A stretch of DNA of 51,989 nucleotides from Leucoraja ocellata (Eukaryota): the NCBI GenBank assembly GCA_036785375.1, contig JAWMAR010004386.1:1-51989 (forward strand). The letters run 5' to 3'. This document shows positions 36,963-49,574 of this stretch, one piece after another. The notes below the pieces were generated by a model. The model was not told the origin of the DNA and searched no databases. It worked only from the letters and a program-made list of their open reading frames with translations. The position numbers and the translations under genes were made by a program. Within the stretch, counting starts at the first letter, position 1, and each line of letters starts with the position of its first letter.

Positions 36963-37800
36963 TCGTAACCTCATCCTTTGTAATTGACACTAAAATATTA
37001 TCACCCACCGAAGTCAGACTAACTGGCCTGCAGTTTCCACTGTTCTGCTCCGCTGCCTTCTTGTACAGCGGGGTGATATTCACAATGTTCCAATCTTCAG
37101 GAACCAACCTAACTCTAGTGATTCTTGAAATAACAGAACTAAATAACGCCTCCTCAATTTCTGAGGCCTCCACCTTCGGACCCCAGTGGCGCAGTCCATC
37201 CGCTCCAGGTGACTTATCCACCTTCAGACCTATCCGTTTTTCCAGCACCTTCACATTAGTAATCGCCACTCCACAAACTTTCACCCACTGAGTCTCTCGG
37301 ATCACACGCGCACGACAGGTGTCTTCCACTGTGAAGACTGATGCAAAACAGTTATCCAATCCCACTGTCATTTATTGATTTTCCGTTATCACTTAGCCTG
37401 CATCATTTTCTAGCACCCCAACGTCCACTCTTGCCTCTTGTTTTCCTCTTCATATATCCATAGGAACTCTTGCTATCCACTGTTATATTTTTGGACATCT
37501 TATATTCGTACTTCATCTTTTCTCGCAGTATTGTCCTTTCAGTTAACTGTTGCTGTTCATTAAAAACATCTAAATCCTCTGACTTACCACTAATCTTTGC
37601 AATGTTATATGCTTTCTCCTTCGCTTTTATGTTGTCCTTGACCTCCCTTGTCAGCCTTTGTCGGCTTATTCATCCCTGGAATATTTCTTCCACTTTGTAA
37701 TGAAATGATCCTGCACCTTCCGAATTATTCAATGAAATACCTGCCATTTATGTTCTACAGTCATTCCGACCAAAGCCCCTTATCTGTCAATCTTTTCCAG
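36963..37800 (-). mobile_element. Degenerate CR1 ORF2 fragment
   Basis: FASVFT, KSPGADG, PEDW..NITPLYKK, NCRPVSLTS. Confidence 0.8.
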
Positions 37801-38214
37801 CTCCAACAGGGGATGGTATCCGACTGTGACGGACTCCATTGTGAGATTCCATAATGAAACTGCACCGTGAAATGCATCCCATTGTGAACTTCACAAAGTA
37901 AACTCCGCTCAGTCACACATCTCCGGATAGCTGCCGTTCCCGAGCAGTGTGGCAACTTAAGGCAAGGTGCCACTGAAGTCAAGAACAACATTATAGTGGG
38001 TCTCGAGATTGACAAGAAAAGATAAGTCGTTTCTGATAGAGAGGGAGCACGGTAAAGAATTAAAATAAATTCGGCGTGAATTAAACGGAGAGGATTAATA
38101 TCACTGACATCCGTGTACAACGATCATAATTTGGGAAACTTGCGAAAATGATCAGCATCAGGATAAAACATTAAGACACGGATTTATAACAAAATAATTA
38201 TTCTGCTCACTTAC

Positions 38215-38290
38215 CAGGGACTCCAACGGTAGCAATGATCACGTACAAGATTTTCTCCACACTGTGATATCTGTCCACCATGTCCATCAT
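38215..38290 (-). CDS. GPR139/142-like GPCR, coding exon 1
   Basis: ATG at 38290; MMDMVDRYHSVEKILYVIIATVGVP+G|gtaagt; phase 1 joins exon 2 to give ..VGVPVNLMAIV; total 984 nt = 327 aa plus stop. Confidence 0.88.
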
Positions 38291-41200
38291 GTTCTCTTCT
38301 CAGCTACGTCACCGTGTGCAACCTATAATCTCCCGGAATGGATTACTGGGGCAGAACAATCTAGGAGATGTTATACCATTTCCCATCTCCGCCGGGACAG
38401 TGCAGTTTTAACAGAGTTAAAAATAGAGACGTTGAAACAATTCCCAAACAGATGACATCAGGCGAGTGAAATCCACGCTGTTAACAGGTTGTCAATATTT
38501 TTTTAAATTATAGTTACGAAACATCAAATCGCGGCGAAATTGAAAAATGGGATTTGGGAGCGGCTTTGTTCCAGCAAAGGGAATAGTGTTTCAAACATAA
38601 TCAGATCCAACTCTCCACCTCAAGTTACTCGTCTGATTTCCTTCATCACGCTTCACTGAACACGGTGGTCTCAAATTCCTGGCACTGTCTCGGGGCTTCT
38701 GGTGCGCAGTTTCAAGACAGACGGCGACCACAGGTGGAGGAATTAATTCAAAGTGATTACGGCTCATCAGATTGCCACTTTAACATGATAATCCCAGCAG
38801 CGCTGGTAACCGCACACTTTGCCTGCCTGGAATGTATCTTATTTTGGCGCTTGCAAAGTAACATTCTCTGCCTTCATCGCCTATATAATAACCATATAAC
38901 AATTTACAGCACGTAAACAGGCCATCTCGACCCTTCTAGTCCATGCCGAACACGTATTCTCCCCTAGTCTCCTATACCTGCGATCAGACAATAACCCTCC
39001 ATTCCATTCCCGTCCATATAACTATCCAATTTATTTTTAAACGATAAAAACGAACCTGCCTCCACCACCTCATTCCACACAGCTCATTCCACACAGCCAC
39101 CACTCTCTGAGCAAATAAGATCCCCCTCATGTTACCCCTAAACTTCTGTCCCTTAATTCTCAAGTCATGTCCCCTTGTTTGAATCTTCCCTACTCTCAGT
39201 GGGAAAAGCTTATCCACGTCAAGTCTGTCTATCCATCTCATCATTTTAAAGACCTCTATCAAGTCCCCCTTAACCTTCTGCGCTCCAAAGAATAAAGACG
39301 TAACTTGTTCAACCTTTCTCTGTAACTTAGTCGCTGAAACCCAGGCAACATTCTAGTAAAGATCCTATGTACTCTCTCTATTTTGTTGAAATCCTTCCTA
39401 TAATTAGGCGACCAAAATTGTACACCATACTCCAGAATTGGCCTCACCAATGGCTTGTACAATTTTAACATTACATCCCAACTTCTATACTCAATGCTCT
39501 GATTTATAAAGGTCAGCACACCGAAAGCTTTCTTTACCACCTTATCTACATGAGATTCCACTTTCACGGAACTAGTTATTCCCAGATCCCTCTGTTCACC
39601 TGCATTCTTCAATTCCCTACCATTTACCATGTACGTTCTAATTTGATTTGTCCGGCCTAGATGTAGCACCTCACACTTATCAGCATTAAACTCCATCTGC
39701 CATCTTTCAGACCACTCTTCCAACTGGCATAAATCTCTGTGTAGACTTTGAAAATCTACTTCGTTATCCACAACCCCACCTATCTTATTATCAACTGCAT
39801 ACTTACTAATCCAATTTACCACACCATCATCCAGATCATTGATATACATGACAAACACCAGTGGACCCAACACAGATCCCTGTGGCACCCCACTAGTCAC
39901 TGGCCTCCAAACTGACAAACAACCATCCATCATTACTCTCTGTCATTTCCCATTCAGCCACTGCTGAATCCATCTTGCTACTCCACCATTAATACCCAAC
40001 AATTGAACATTCTTAACCAACCTTCCGCGAGGAACCTTGTCAAAGGCCTTACTGAAGTCCATATATACAACATCCACTGCTTTACCCTCATCAAGTTCCC
40101 GAGTAACCTCTTCAAAAAATTCAAGAAGATTAGTCAAACATGACCTTCCAGGCACAAATCCATGTTGACTGTTTCTAATCAGACCCTGTTTATCGAGATG
40201 CTTATATATATTATCTCTAAGTATTCTTTCCATTAATTTGCCCACCACTGACGTCAAACTAACAGGTCTATATTTGCTAGGTTTACTCTTAGACACCTTT
40301 TTAAAGAAAGGGACGACATGCACAGTACGCCAATCCTCCGGCATATTCCCGTTTCTAATGACATTTCAAATATTTCAGTCATAGCCCCTGCTATTTCTAC
40401 ACTAACTTCCGTCAATGTCCTAGGGAATATCCCGTCAGGACCTGGAGGCGTATCCACTTTTATATTTCTCAAACGTGTCAGTACTTCCTCTTCTTTGAAT
40501 CTCATAGTTTCCATAGCTACTCTACTTGTTTCCATTACCTCACATAATTCAATATCCTTCTCCTTGATGAATACCGAAGAAAATAAATTGTTCAATATCT
40601 CCCCATCCCTTTTGGCTCTGCAGATAGCTGTCCACTCTGACTCTCTAATGGACCAATTTAATCCCTCGTTATCCTGTTGCTATTAATATAGCTGTAGAAA
40701 GCCTTTGGATTTACTTTCACCTTACTTGCCAAAGCAACCTCATATCTTCTTTTAGCTCTTCTAATTTCTTTCTTAAGATTATTTTTACATTCTTTATACT
40801 GCTCAAGCACCTCATTTACTCCATTCTGCCTATAAGTATTGTAGATCTCTCTCTTTTTCCGAACCAAGTGTGCAATTTCCCTTGACAACCATGGCTCTTT
40901 CCAATTTTTACTATTTCCTTTCAACCGAACAGGGACATAAAGAATCTGTACTCTTAAAATGTCACCTTTAAATGTCCTCCATTTATCTTCCACATCTTTC
41001 CCACAAAACAAACTGTCCCAATTTACTCCTTTTAAATCATTTCGCATCTCCTCAAAGTTAGCCTTTCTGCAATCAAAAATCTCAACCCTAGGTCTAGTTC
41101 TGACCCTTCTCATAATTATATTGAAACTAATGGTTTTGTGATCACTAGACACGAAGTGCTCCCCAACGCATACCTCTGCCATCTGACCCGTCTCGTTTCC

Positions 41201-42607
41201 TAACAGTAGGTCCAGCACCACCCCTTCTCTAGGAGGTACTTGTAGGTATTGCTGCAAAAAGCTATCCTGCACACATTTTACAAACTCCAACCCATCCAGC
41301 CCATTTACAGCATGTGTTTCCCAGTCTATGTGTGGAAAATTGAAATCTCCCACAAGCACTACCTTGTGCTAACTACTAATATATGCAATCTCCTTACATA
41401 TTTGCTCTTCCAATTCTCGCTCCCCATTTGACGGTCTATAATACATCCCTATAAGTGTCGCTACCCCTTTCCCATTTCTCAGTTCCACCCAAATAGCCTT
41501 CCTAGACGAGCCCTCTAATCTATCCTGCCAAAGCACTACTGTAATATCTTCCCTGATAAGCAATGCAACACCTCCACCTCTTGCCCCTCCAATTCTATCA
41601 CACCTGAAGCAACGAAATCTTGGAATATTTAGTTTCCAATCACAGCCCTCCTGCAACCATGTTTCACTGATCGCCACAACATCGTACTTCCAGGTGTCAA
41701 TCCAGGCTCTAAGTTCATCCACCTTTCTTACAATGCTCCTAGCATTAAAATATACACATTTAAGAACCCCCCCCCCCCCCCTCTTATTCTATGTTTATTG
41801 TCTTTTTCTTCTCTCTCCCCTATATTTTAGGTCAGAGTGCTACCATTCTCTGCCTCCTGCCTCACACACCGACTGCTAGCTTTCCAATTTGAGTCCCTCC
41901 CCCCAACCATACTAGTTTAAATTCTCCCCAGTAGCCTTTGCAAATCTCCCCGCCAGGATATTGGTCCCCCTCGAGTTCAAGAAAGCAACCCGTCCATTCT
42001 GTACAGGTCGCACCTTCCACAAAAGAAGTCCCAATGATCCAGAAACTTGAATCCATACCCACTGCACCAGTCCTTCAGCCACGCATTTATTCTCCACCTT
42101 GCTCCATTCCTACTCTCACTGTCGCGTGTCACAGGCAGTAATCCTGAGATTGTTACCTTTGCAGACCTTCTCCTTAACTCTCTACCTAACTCCCTAAATT
42201 CTTCTTTCAGGACCTCTTCTCTTTTTTTACCTATGTCGTTGGTACCTATACGTACCACAACCTCAGGCTCCTCTCCCTCCCATTTCAGGATTTCTTGGAC
42301 CCGTTCAGACACATCCCTGACCCTGTCACCAGGGAGGCAAACTACCATACGGGTCTCCTGTCTGCGTCCACCGAATCGCCTATCCGATCCCCTGACTATT
42401 GAGTCCCCTATTACAATTGCCCCTCCTCTTATTTTCCTTACCATTCTGAGCAACAGGACCGGTCTTTGTGCCAGAGGCCCGGCCGCTGTCGCTGCCCCCA
42501 GGTAGGCTGTCTCCCCCACCCTTACTCAAACATGATTACTTATTTTCAAGGTGTACAGCCACCGGGGTACTCACCAGTCCCTGCCTCTGCCCGTTGCCCT
42601 TCCTAAC

Positions 42608-45240
42608 ACTAAGGGGCAGAAAACAATGGTGGGGGGTTGTGTACAGGCCGCCTAACAGTAGTAGTGAAGTTGGAGATGGTATCAAACAGAAAATTAGAAA
42701 TGCGTGCGACAAAGGCAAAACAGTTATAATGGGTGACTTCAATCTACATATAGATTGGGTGAATCAAATTGGCAGGGGTGCTGAGGAAGAGGATTTCTTG
42801 GAATGTATGCGGGATAGTTATCTAAATCAACATGTAGAGGAACCAACGAGAGAGCAGGCTATTTTAGTCTGGGTATTGAATAATGAGGATGGGTTAGTTA
42901 GCAATCTTGTTGTACGTGCCCCCTTGGGCAAGAGTGACCATAATATGGTTGAGTTCTTCATTAGGATGGAGAGTGACATTGTTAATTCAGGAACAATGGT
43001 TCTGAACTTAAAGAAAGGTAACTTTGAGGGTATGAGACGTGAATTGGCCAAGACTGACTGGCAATTAATTCAAAAAGGGTTGGCGGTGGGTATGCAATGG
43101 AAGACATTTAAAGGGTGCAAGGATGAACTACAAAAATTGTTCATACCAGTTTGGCAAAAGAATAAATCAGGGAAGGTAGTACATCCGTGGATAACAAGTG
43201 AAATCAGGGATAGTATCAAAGCGAAGGATGATGCGTACAAATTAGCCAGAAAAAGCAGCATACCGGAGGACTGGGAGAAATTCAAAGACCAGCAGAGGAG
43301 GACAAAGGACTTAATTAGGAAAGGGAAAATAGATTATGAAAGAAAACTGGCAGGGGACATAAAACTGACTGCAAAAGTTTTTATAGATATGTGAAAAGAA
43401 AGAGATTAGTTAAAACAAATGTAGGTCCCTTGCAGTCAGAAACAGGTGAGTTGATCATGGGGGACAAGGATATGGCGGACCAATTGAATAACTACTTTGG
43501 TTCCGTCTTCATTAAGGAAGACATAAATAATTTGCCGGAACTAGCAGGGGACCGCGGGTCAAAGGAGTTGGAGGAATTGAGTGAAATCCAGGTTAGCCGA
43601 GAAGTGGTGTTGTGTAAATTGAATGGATTAAAGGCCGGTAAATCCCCAGGGCCAGATAGGCTGCATCCCAGAGTACTTAAGGAAGTAGCTCCAGAAATGG
43701 TGGGTGCATTAGTAATAATCTTTCAAAACTCTTTAGATTCTGGAGTAGTTCCTGAAGATTGGCGGGTAGCAAACGTAACCCCACTTTTTAAGAAGCGAGG
43801 GAGAGAGAAAATGGGGAATTACAGACCAATTAGTCTTACATCGGTAGTGGGGAAACTGCTAGAGTCAGTTATTAAAGATGGGATAGCAGCACATTTGGAA
43901 AGTGGGGAAATCATTGGACAAAGTCAGCATGGATTTACGAAAGGTAAATCTTGTCTGACGAATCTTATAGAATTTTTTGAGGATGTAACTAGTAGCGTGG
44001 ATAGGGGATAACCAGTGGATGTGATGTATCTGGACTTCCAGAAGGCATTCGACAAGGTCCCACATAAGAGATTAGTATACAAACTTAAAGCACAAGGCAT
44101 TGGGGGTTCAGTATTGATGTGGATAGAGAACTGGCTGGCAAACAGGAAGCAAAAAGTAGGATTAAACGGGTCCTTTTCACAATGGCAGGCAGTGACTAGT
44201 GGGGTACCACAAGGCTCAGTTCTGGGACCCCAGCTATTTACAATATATATTAATGATCTGGATGAGGGAATTGAAGGCAATATCTCCAAGCTTGCGGATG
44301 ACACTAAGCTGGGGGGCAGTGTTAGCTGTGAGGAGGATGCTAGGAGACTGCAAGGTGACTTGGATAGGCTGGTTGAGTGGGCAAATGTTTGGCAGGTGCA
44401 GTATAATGTGGATACATGTGAGGTTATCCATTTTGGTGGCAAAAACGGGAAAGCAGACTACTATCTAAATGGTGGCAGATTGGGAAAGGGGGAGCTGCAG
44501 CGAGACCTAGGTGTCATGGTACACCGGTCATTGAAGGTAGGCATGCAGGTGCAGAAGGCAGTAAAGAAAGCGAATGGTATGTTAGCTTTAATTGCAAAAG
44601 TATTTGAGTATAGGGGCAGGGAGGTACTGCTGCAGTTGTACAGGGTCTTGGTGAGACCACACCTGGAGTATTGCGTACAGTTTTGGTCACCAAAACTGTA
44701 CGCAAGGAAGGGCATTATTGCCCTAGAGGGAGTGCAGAGACGGCTCACCAGACTGATTCCTGGGACGGCAGGACTGTCTTATGAAGAAAGACTGGATAGA
44801 CTTGGTTTATACTCTCTAGAATGTAGAAGATTGAGAGGGGATCTTATAGAAACTTACAAAATTCTTAAGGGGTTGGACAGGCTAGATGCAGGAAGATTTT
44901 TCCCGATGTTAGGGAAGTCCAGGACAAGGGGTCACAGCTTAAGGATCAGGGGGAAATCCTTTAAAACCGAGATGAGAAGAACTTTTTTCACACAGAGAGT
45001 GGTGAATCTCTGGAACTCTCTGCCACAGAGGGTAGTTGAGCCAGTTCATTGGCTATATTTAAGAGTGAGTTAGATGTAGCCCTTGTGGCTAAGGGGATCA
45101 GGGGGTATGGAGGGAAGGCAGGTACGGTATACTGAGTTGGATGATCAGCCATGATCATATTGAATGGCGGTGCAGGCTCGAAGGGTGGAATGGCCTACTC
45201 CTGCACCTAATTTCGATGTTTCTATGTTTCTATGTTTCTA
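42608..45240 (+). mobile_element. 5'-truncated young CR1 (same family as 15214-19770) nested in CR1 ORF1
   Basis: ORFs 42468-43394, 43391-44011, 44015-45073; (TTTCTATG)n tail; CTAAC at both junctions. Confidence 0.93.
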
Positions 45241-45626
45241 ACTGTGACACAGTTTTCTGTCTCCCGTGGTCTTGGAGTGACCACCTCCCTGTAACTCCTT
45301 TCGATGACCTCCTCGATCTCCATGAGCAGACAGAGATCATCGAGTTGCTGTTCCAGGTTCCTAACACGGTCCCTTAGGAGCCTCATCTCGACGCACCTGG
45401 CGCAGATGTGAACGTCTGGAGGGCACTCAGACTCCATGACCTCCGACATCTGACATCCAGAACAGTAAACTGCCCTGGCCCTCATTCTCCCCCTTATCCT
45501 GGATACAATACAAAGCCTTACCCGGGATACAAGCCAATCAGCTTCTTCCTCTGGTCCTCTTCCGCCAATCAGAGGCTTCCATCAGACTCATTCTCTGGAA
45601 GTGAGATGGGACGTTGCAGGTTTGGG

Positions 45627-45838
45627 TAACTCACAGCTCCAGGTAACTCCTCCTCGCACCAACGACTCCCCGGGCCTCTGTAAACGCAAGCCCCGCACTG
45701 TTTTTATACTCACAGCTCCAGGTAACTCCACCTCGCACAAACGGCTCCCCGGGCCTCTGTAGAAGCAAGTCCCGCGCTGTTTTGTATACTCACAGCTCCA
45801 GGTAACTCCTCCTCGCACCAACGGCTCCCCGGGCCTCT
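45627..45838. repeat. ~80-bp tandem repeat (~2.6 copies) in the CR1 5' UTR
   Basis: actcacagctccaggtaactcctcctcgcac...ccccgggcctct x3. Confidence 0.85.
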
Positions 45839-45849
45839 CCCACAAACAG

Positions 45850-46330
45850 TGGTTTGGTCAGCGAACTAGATGATGGAGTTCGCACTGTGACCGGCTACGC
45901 AGTCATGAGTATAGAGTGAGTACAGCAAGGGGGCTGAGCACGCAGCCTTGAGGTGCTCCCGTGCTGATTGTTATCGAGGCTGACACATTTCCACCAATAC
46001 GAACAGACTGTGGTCTGTGAATGAGGAAGTCGAGGATCCAATTGCAGAGGGATGCGCAGAGACCCAGTTCTGCGAGTTTGGTAACCAGCTTGGAGGGGAT
46101 GATTGTGTTAAATGCCGAGCTGTAATCGATGAATAACAGCCTGACATATAAGTTTGTGTTGTCCAATTGGTCCAGAGCGGAGTGCAGGACCAACGAGATC
46201 GCATCCACCGTTGATCTGTTGTGATGGTAAATGAACTGCAGTGGGTCCAGGTTTATGTCGAGCTAGGAGTTGATTTGGTCCATGATCAACCTCTAAAAGC
46301 GCTTCATCACCACCGGCGTTAGTGCCACAG
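45850..46330 (-). mobile_element. Rex1/Babar RT fragment
   Basis: [30 protein letters not shown]. Confidence 0.85.
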
Positions 46331-46543
46331 AAAATGAAGGCGTTGTGGCCAAGTTTGTGGATGGATGATAGGACAATAGGTGGAGGGTAAAGGTGTAATA
46401 GAGAACGCAGGAACTCAGCAGAAGGACCCGCACAGATTGGGTGAGTGGGCAGAGAAATGGCAAATGGAATATACTGGTGCAAAGTGTAGAGTCATGCATT
46501 TTGGGGTAGGATAAAGGCAGAGACTATTTTCCAAATGTGGAGA

Positions 46544-47031
46544 TGTTACAAGGGAACACGTTCAAGTATCTGACTAGTAGAAAACAAAAAAACACACTCG
46601 GCCCCTAAGTTACAAACAATGTTTATTGGCACGAAATAGAACACACACAAAACTAGTCTCCGTTTGCGCGGGGTCCGGATTACAGCAGTACACATCCCCC
46701 CTCTCTGCCTCCGTCCGCGGCGCTGATCACAACCCAGCCCGCCAATGACCCCTCCCGTCAATAACGAGTCGTGGCAGACGGCGCACACGGTATAATATAC
46801 ACAGCGCTATCAGCTGCAGACTTGGTGAGTAAAGGTTCAAACAGAGCGTTGTCAGCTCGGCGCGTGCGGTTTTAAACGAAGAGCTACCGGCTGCAGCGCT
46901 ATAGTTCTAAACTTAGAGCAACCCGCTACAGCGCTATGTGCTTTAAGCGTAGCGCTGTGGGCTTTACACGTAGCGCTATGGCCACAGCGCTATTGGGTCA
47001 CAGACTGTTTGGGCAAAATTCTCGTATAACA
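46544..47031 (-). repeat. 3' LTR of an endogenous retrovirus (488 bp)
   Basis: TGTTA...TAACA termini; PPT AAGAGGGGAAA immediately upstream on minus; TATA-like ~46790; AATAAA 46622-46627. Confidence 0.85.
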
Positions 47032-47049
47032 TTTCCCCTCTTGAACGAA

Positions 47050-48170
47050 CCCCAGTCTGGTTACCGTCACACCCGGCCCGCAGGCGTTTTCTCGTTACAT
47101 TCAGCCCAATAGTCAGTCCCCAATGCACAACTTGTCTATCAGCGTCCAACCATCCCGAAACGCCACTACTCCACTGTTTCCTGGATATGGGCAACAAGGT
47201 TGTTGATTTTCTCTGAATCGGCGCTCCCGCCCGATCAAAGCACGTGCCCCCTTTCTCAGCCAGGGTGAAATCTAGGGCCATGCGGTTCTGTCGGGCTACG
47301 GTGCGAATACTCCCGTTGATAGTTCTGCGATGGCCTCTTTAACCCACTCATGGCGTTTGCCGTCTCGTTGGCTATTTATTCAATGGCTGAAGCCATGTTA
47401 ATTATTTCCCGTGTCAGCTTCGCAGTACCATAGGAGGAAATGCAATAGCCCAGAACCACTCGGCCTCCGTAATAGCCCGTTACACATGTCATTGCCGGGG
47501 GTATGTGGGTAAGGATGGCAAGTGTCTCAGGTGGGTGCCACATATGCCAGGTGACAACAGCCCGCCCAGGGCATTGGTCTCTCCCATGTCCCGAAGTGCA
47601 CCCCGGGCATTCCCGGGAGCCAGGAGTAGGCCCACAGGCCACACACCCAGTAGATTCCATTAACGGGGTGTGGGGGAGCCGCCCTGGTGTATGTCGAACA
47701 GGTACTGTTACCCAGGGAAGGGGCCCGGCCCTTCAAAGTTACAATGGCAAGGACTATTATTGGACTCGTCGGCCCCAGTTAGGCGTAATCTCGAATGTGG
47801 TTAAATGGCGGAATGTACCACCCGTCAATGCAGTGACACTGGCAATCAAGGGTGGTTTGGTGGCAGTTCGTAGCCGCACCACTCCTGGTCTCGCTACAAA
47901 AATACCAGGCGGACAATTGTTCGCTATGATTTAAGGGGACTGCCCACAATGGGATGTCCCCACTGTGGTACTGGATGCGTGTACACACCCAGCACGCTGA
48001 GACATTGAGCCGTTGGCGAATTTATAGCTGAGGGTGAGAAACGAGTTTGGAACAGGAGATTCATGAATGTAGGCCGAGGTGTCCGCATTCCCCCCGAACA
48101 CCACAAGCAGGCAAGCAACAGTAAACCAATAATAATTCACCCATGTCCTTCCCGACAATCACAGCGCCCA
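47050..48170 (-). pseudogene. env: ERV env pseudogene, gamma-type
   Basis: Signal-like WFTVACLLVVFG; CWVC (47983-47994); GIYWVCGLWAYSWLP..WAGCCHLAY; immunosuppressive domain RQNRMALDFTLAEKGGTC; frameshifted. Confidence 0.88.
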
Positions 48171-48369
48171 ATACAATAGTGATGGAGCCGATGTCCTTGG
48201 GTCCAAGGTACTTGGGTCATGGGTGTTCCACTGGTACCTGGTGCCGGGACGTTCAGTCCTGGTGATACTCCTTACTGGGCACGTGGGCCTGCAGCGTATC
48301 GGTCAGTTGTTACCTTGTAATGGGGGGGGGGGGGGGGGGGGAAGCACACTCACTGTGTTTTACCTAGTC

Positions 48370-49545
48370 TCTAGGTGTTTAAACATACCACCCGCTGTTC
48401 CCCCGGCAACGCTCCCCATCGCCTATTACCCGGTCCGCGCCACAATCTCCCGCATTTCCCGGCGGCTTTTGGGAATATTGTACCCAGACCTTTCCTGATT
48501 CTTCCTCCACCAATTCCACTTCCTCAGTGTTTGGAGGGTCCGACACTGCCAAGAGCCGCAACATAGGTGATCCTCCTTGGCTCAACGGCCGAGAGTTCAT
48601 GTTGCTGACGGCTGGTTGCAGGACTCCCAACCACCACTAGAGGGTGCGCGGCGCTCTCAGCAACTTTATTTGCTGCTTCAGTTGTCCATTTATGCGTTAA
48701 ATAAGTCCAGCAGCCTGTGGGTAAAACGGGATGTGGAAAACACATACAATGTCAGATTCCACAGCCCATTCCTGGACACGGGATCCCGCAACGTGGTAGT
48801 CGTTGACCGATTATATTTCCCATGGGATTCTCTACACAGAGGATTGTTGCTGCAATCCTTTTACTGTGCTGTCCTGATCGGCGTGGCTGCAGGGGTTACA
48901 CCATCAATATTCCTCAATAGGATCCACCATGGTTAATACATATTTATTCTTATTTTGTTGTGGGTGGCCCGATATAATCAATCTACCACATTTTAGCCGG
49001 CCCGGTGCCACGCCTAATTTGACCCCATGGACATATTGGGCACCCTCGGGGTTTTATGTGTTGGCAAACCTTGCAGTTAGTAACCACTGTGTTCGATCCA
49101 TCATGCGTTAGTGCCACCTCTCGTGCTTCGGCCCAATTCCTAGCTCCACTCACCCCTAGATGCCCGCTCTTCTGATGCGTCCAGACAGCGTGGGGCTCTC
49201 TTTCATTGACGGGCCGCTCCGTGATGTACATAATTTGGGCTGCCCTATCAACAGCAGCATGATGTATTGCCTCCTCAGTATCCCGTGCAGTGAGGGCATC
49301 TGCGTGTAGACCGTAATCAGGCGGGTGGCGGGTCTGTTCCCGTATATGCTCCCTGTAGCGGCGACCCCATAGGGGGCGGCCGTGTATTTCCCAATTTCTG
49401 CTTTGCCAGCGGGGCATCCAGACAGCCACCCATTCACCACTACCCATGGATCTGTGTAAATCCATACCGGTCCCGCCGCGTGTTTAAAGCGGCAGGGTGA
49501 CGGCCACCAACTCAGCCAGCTGACTAGACCCCTCTACAACAAACC
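48370..49545 (-). pseudogene. pol: ERV pol pseudogene (RNase H and integrase), ERV-L/class III-like
   Basis: SQLAELVAV, WIYTD.WVVVNG, W..RW..RNWEIHGRPLWG; HQKSGH..CKVC; W*IDYIGP; FHIPFYPQAAGLI*RING; KVWVQ C-terminal domain. Confidence 0.85.
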
Positions 49546-49574
49546 CCTGAGGGTCCCGCGCTCCCACCCGACTC

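Larger units (their letters stand above)
38885..45845 (-). mobile_element. Near full-length degenerate CR1 (second family), split in ORF1 by a younger CR1
   Basis: ORF2 pieces 38984-41722; ORF1 esterase 41977-42519; ORF1 zinc finger 45222-45485; 5' UTR tandem repeats. Confidence 0.9.

Noticed and set aside
45627-45838. CRISPR-like spaced repeats (also 25820-25942 and 25301-25360)
   Set aside because: The intervening sequences are themselves repeated, the context is eukaryotic and there are no cas genes; ordinary tandem repeats
47050-48170. Domesticated syncytin-like env
   Set aside because: Multiple frameshifts, stops and deletions, including loss of the CX6CC end
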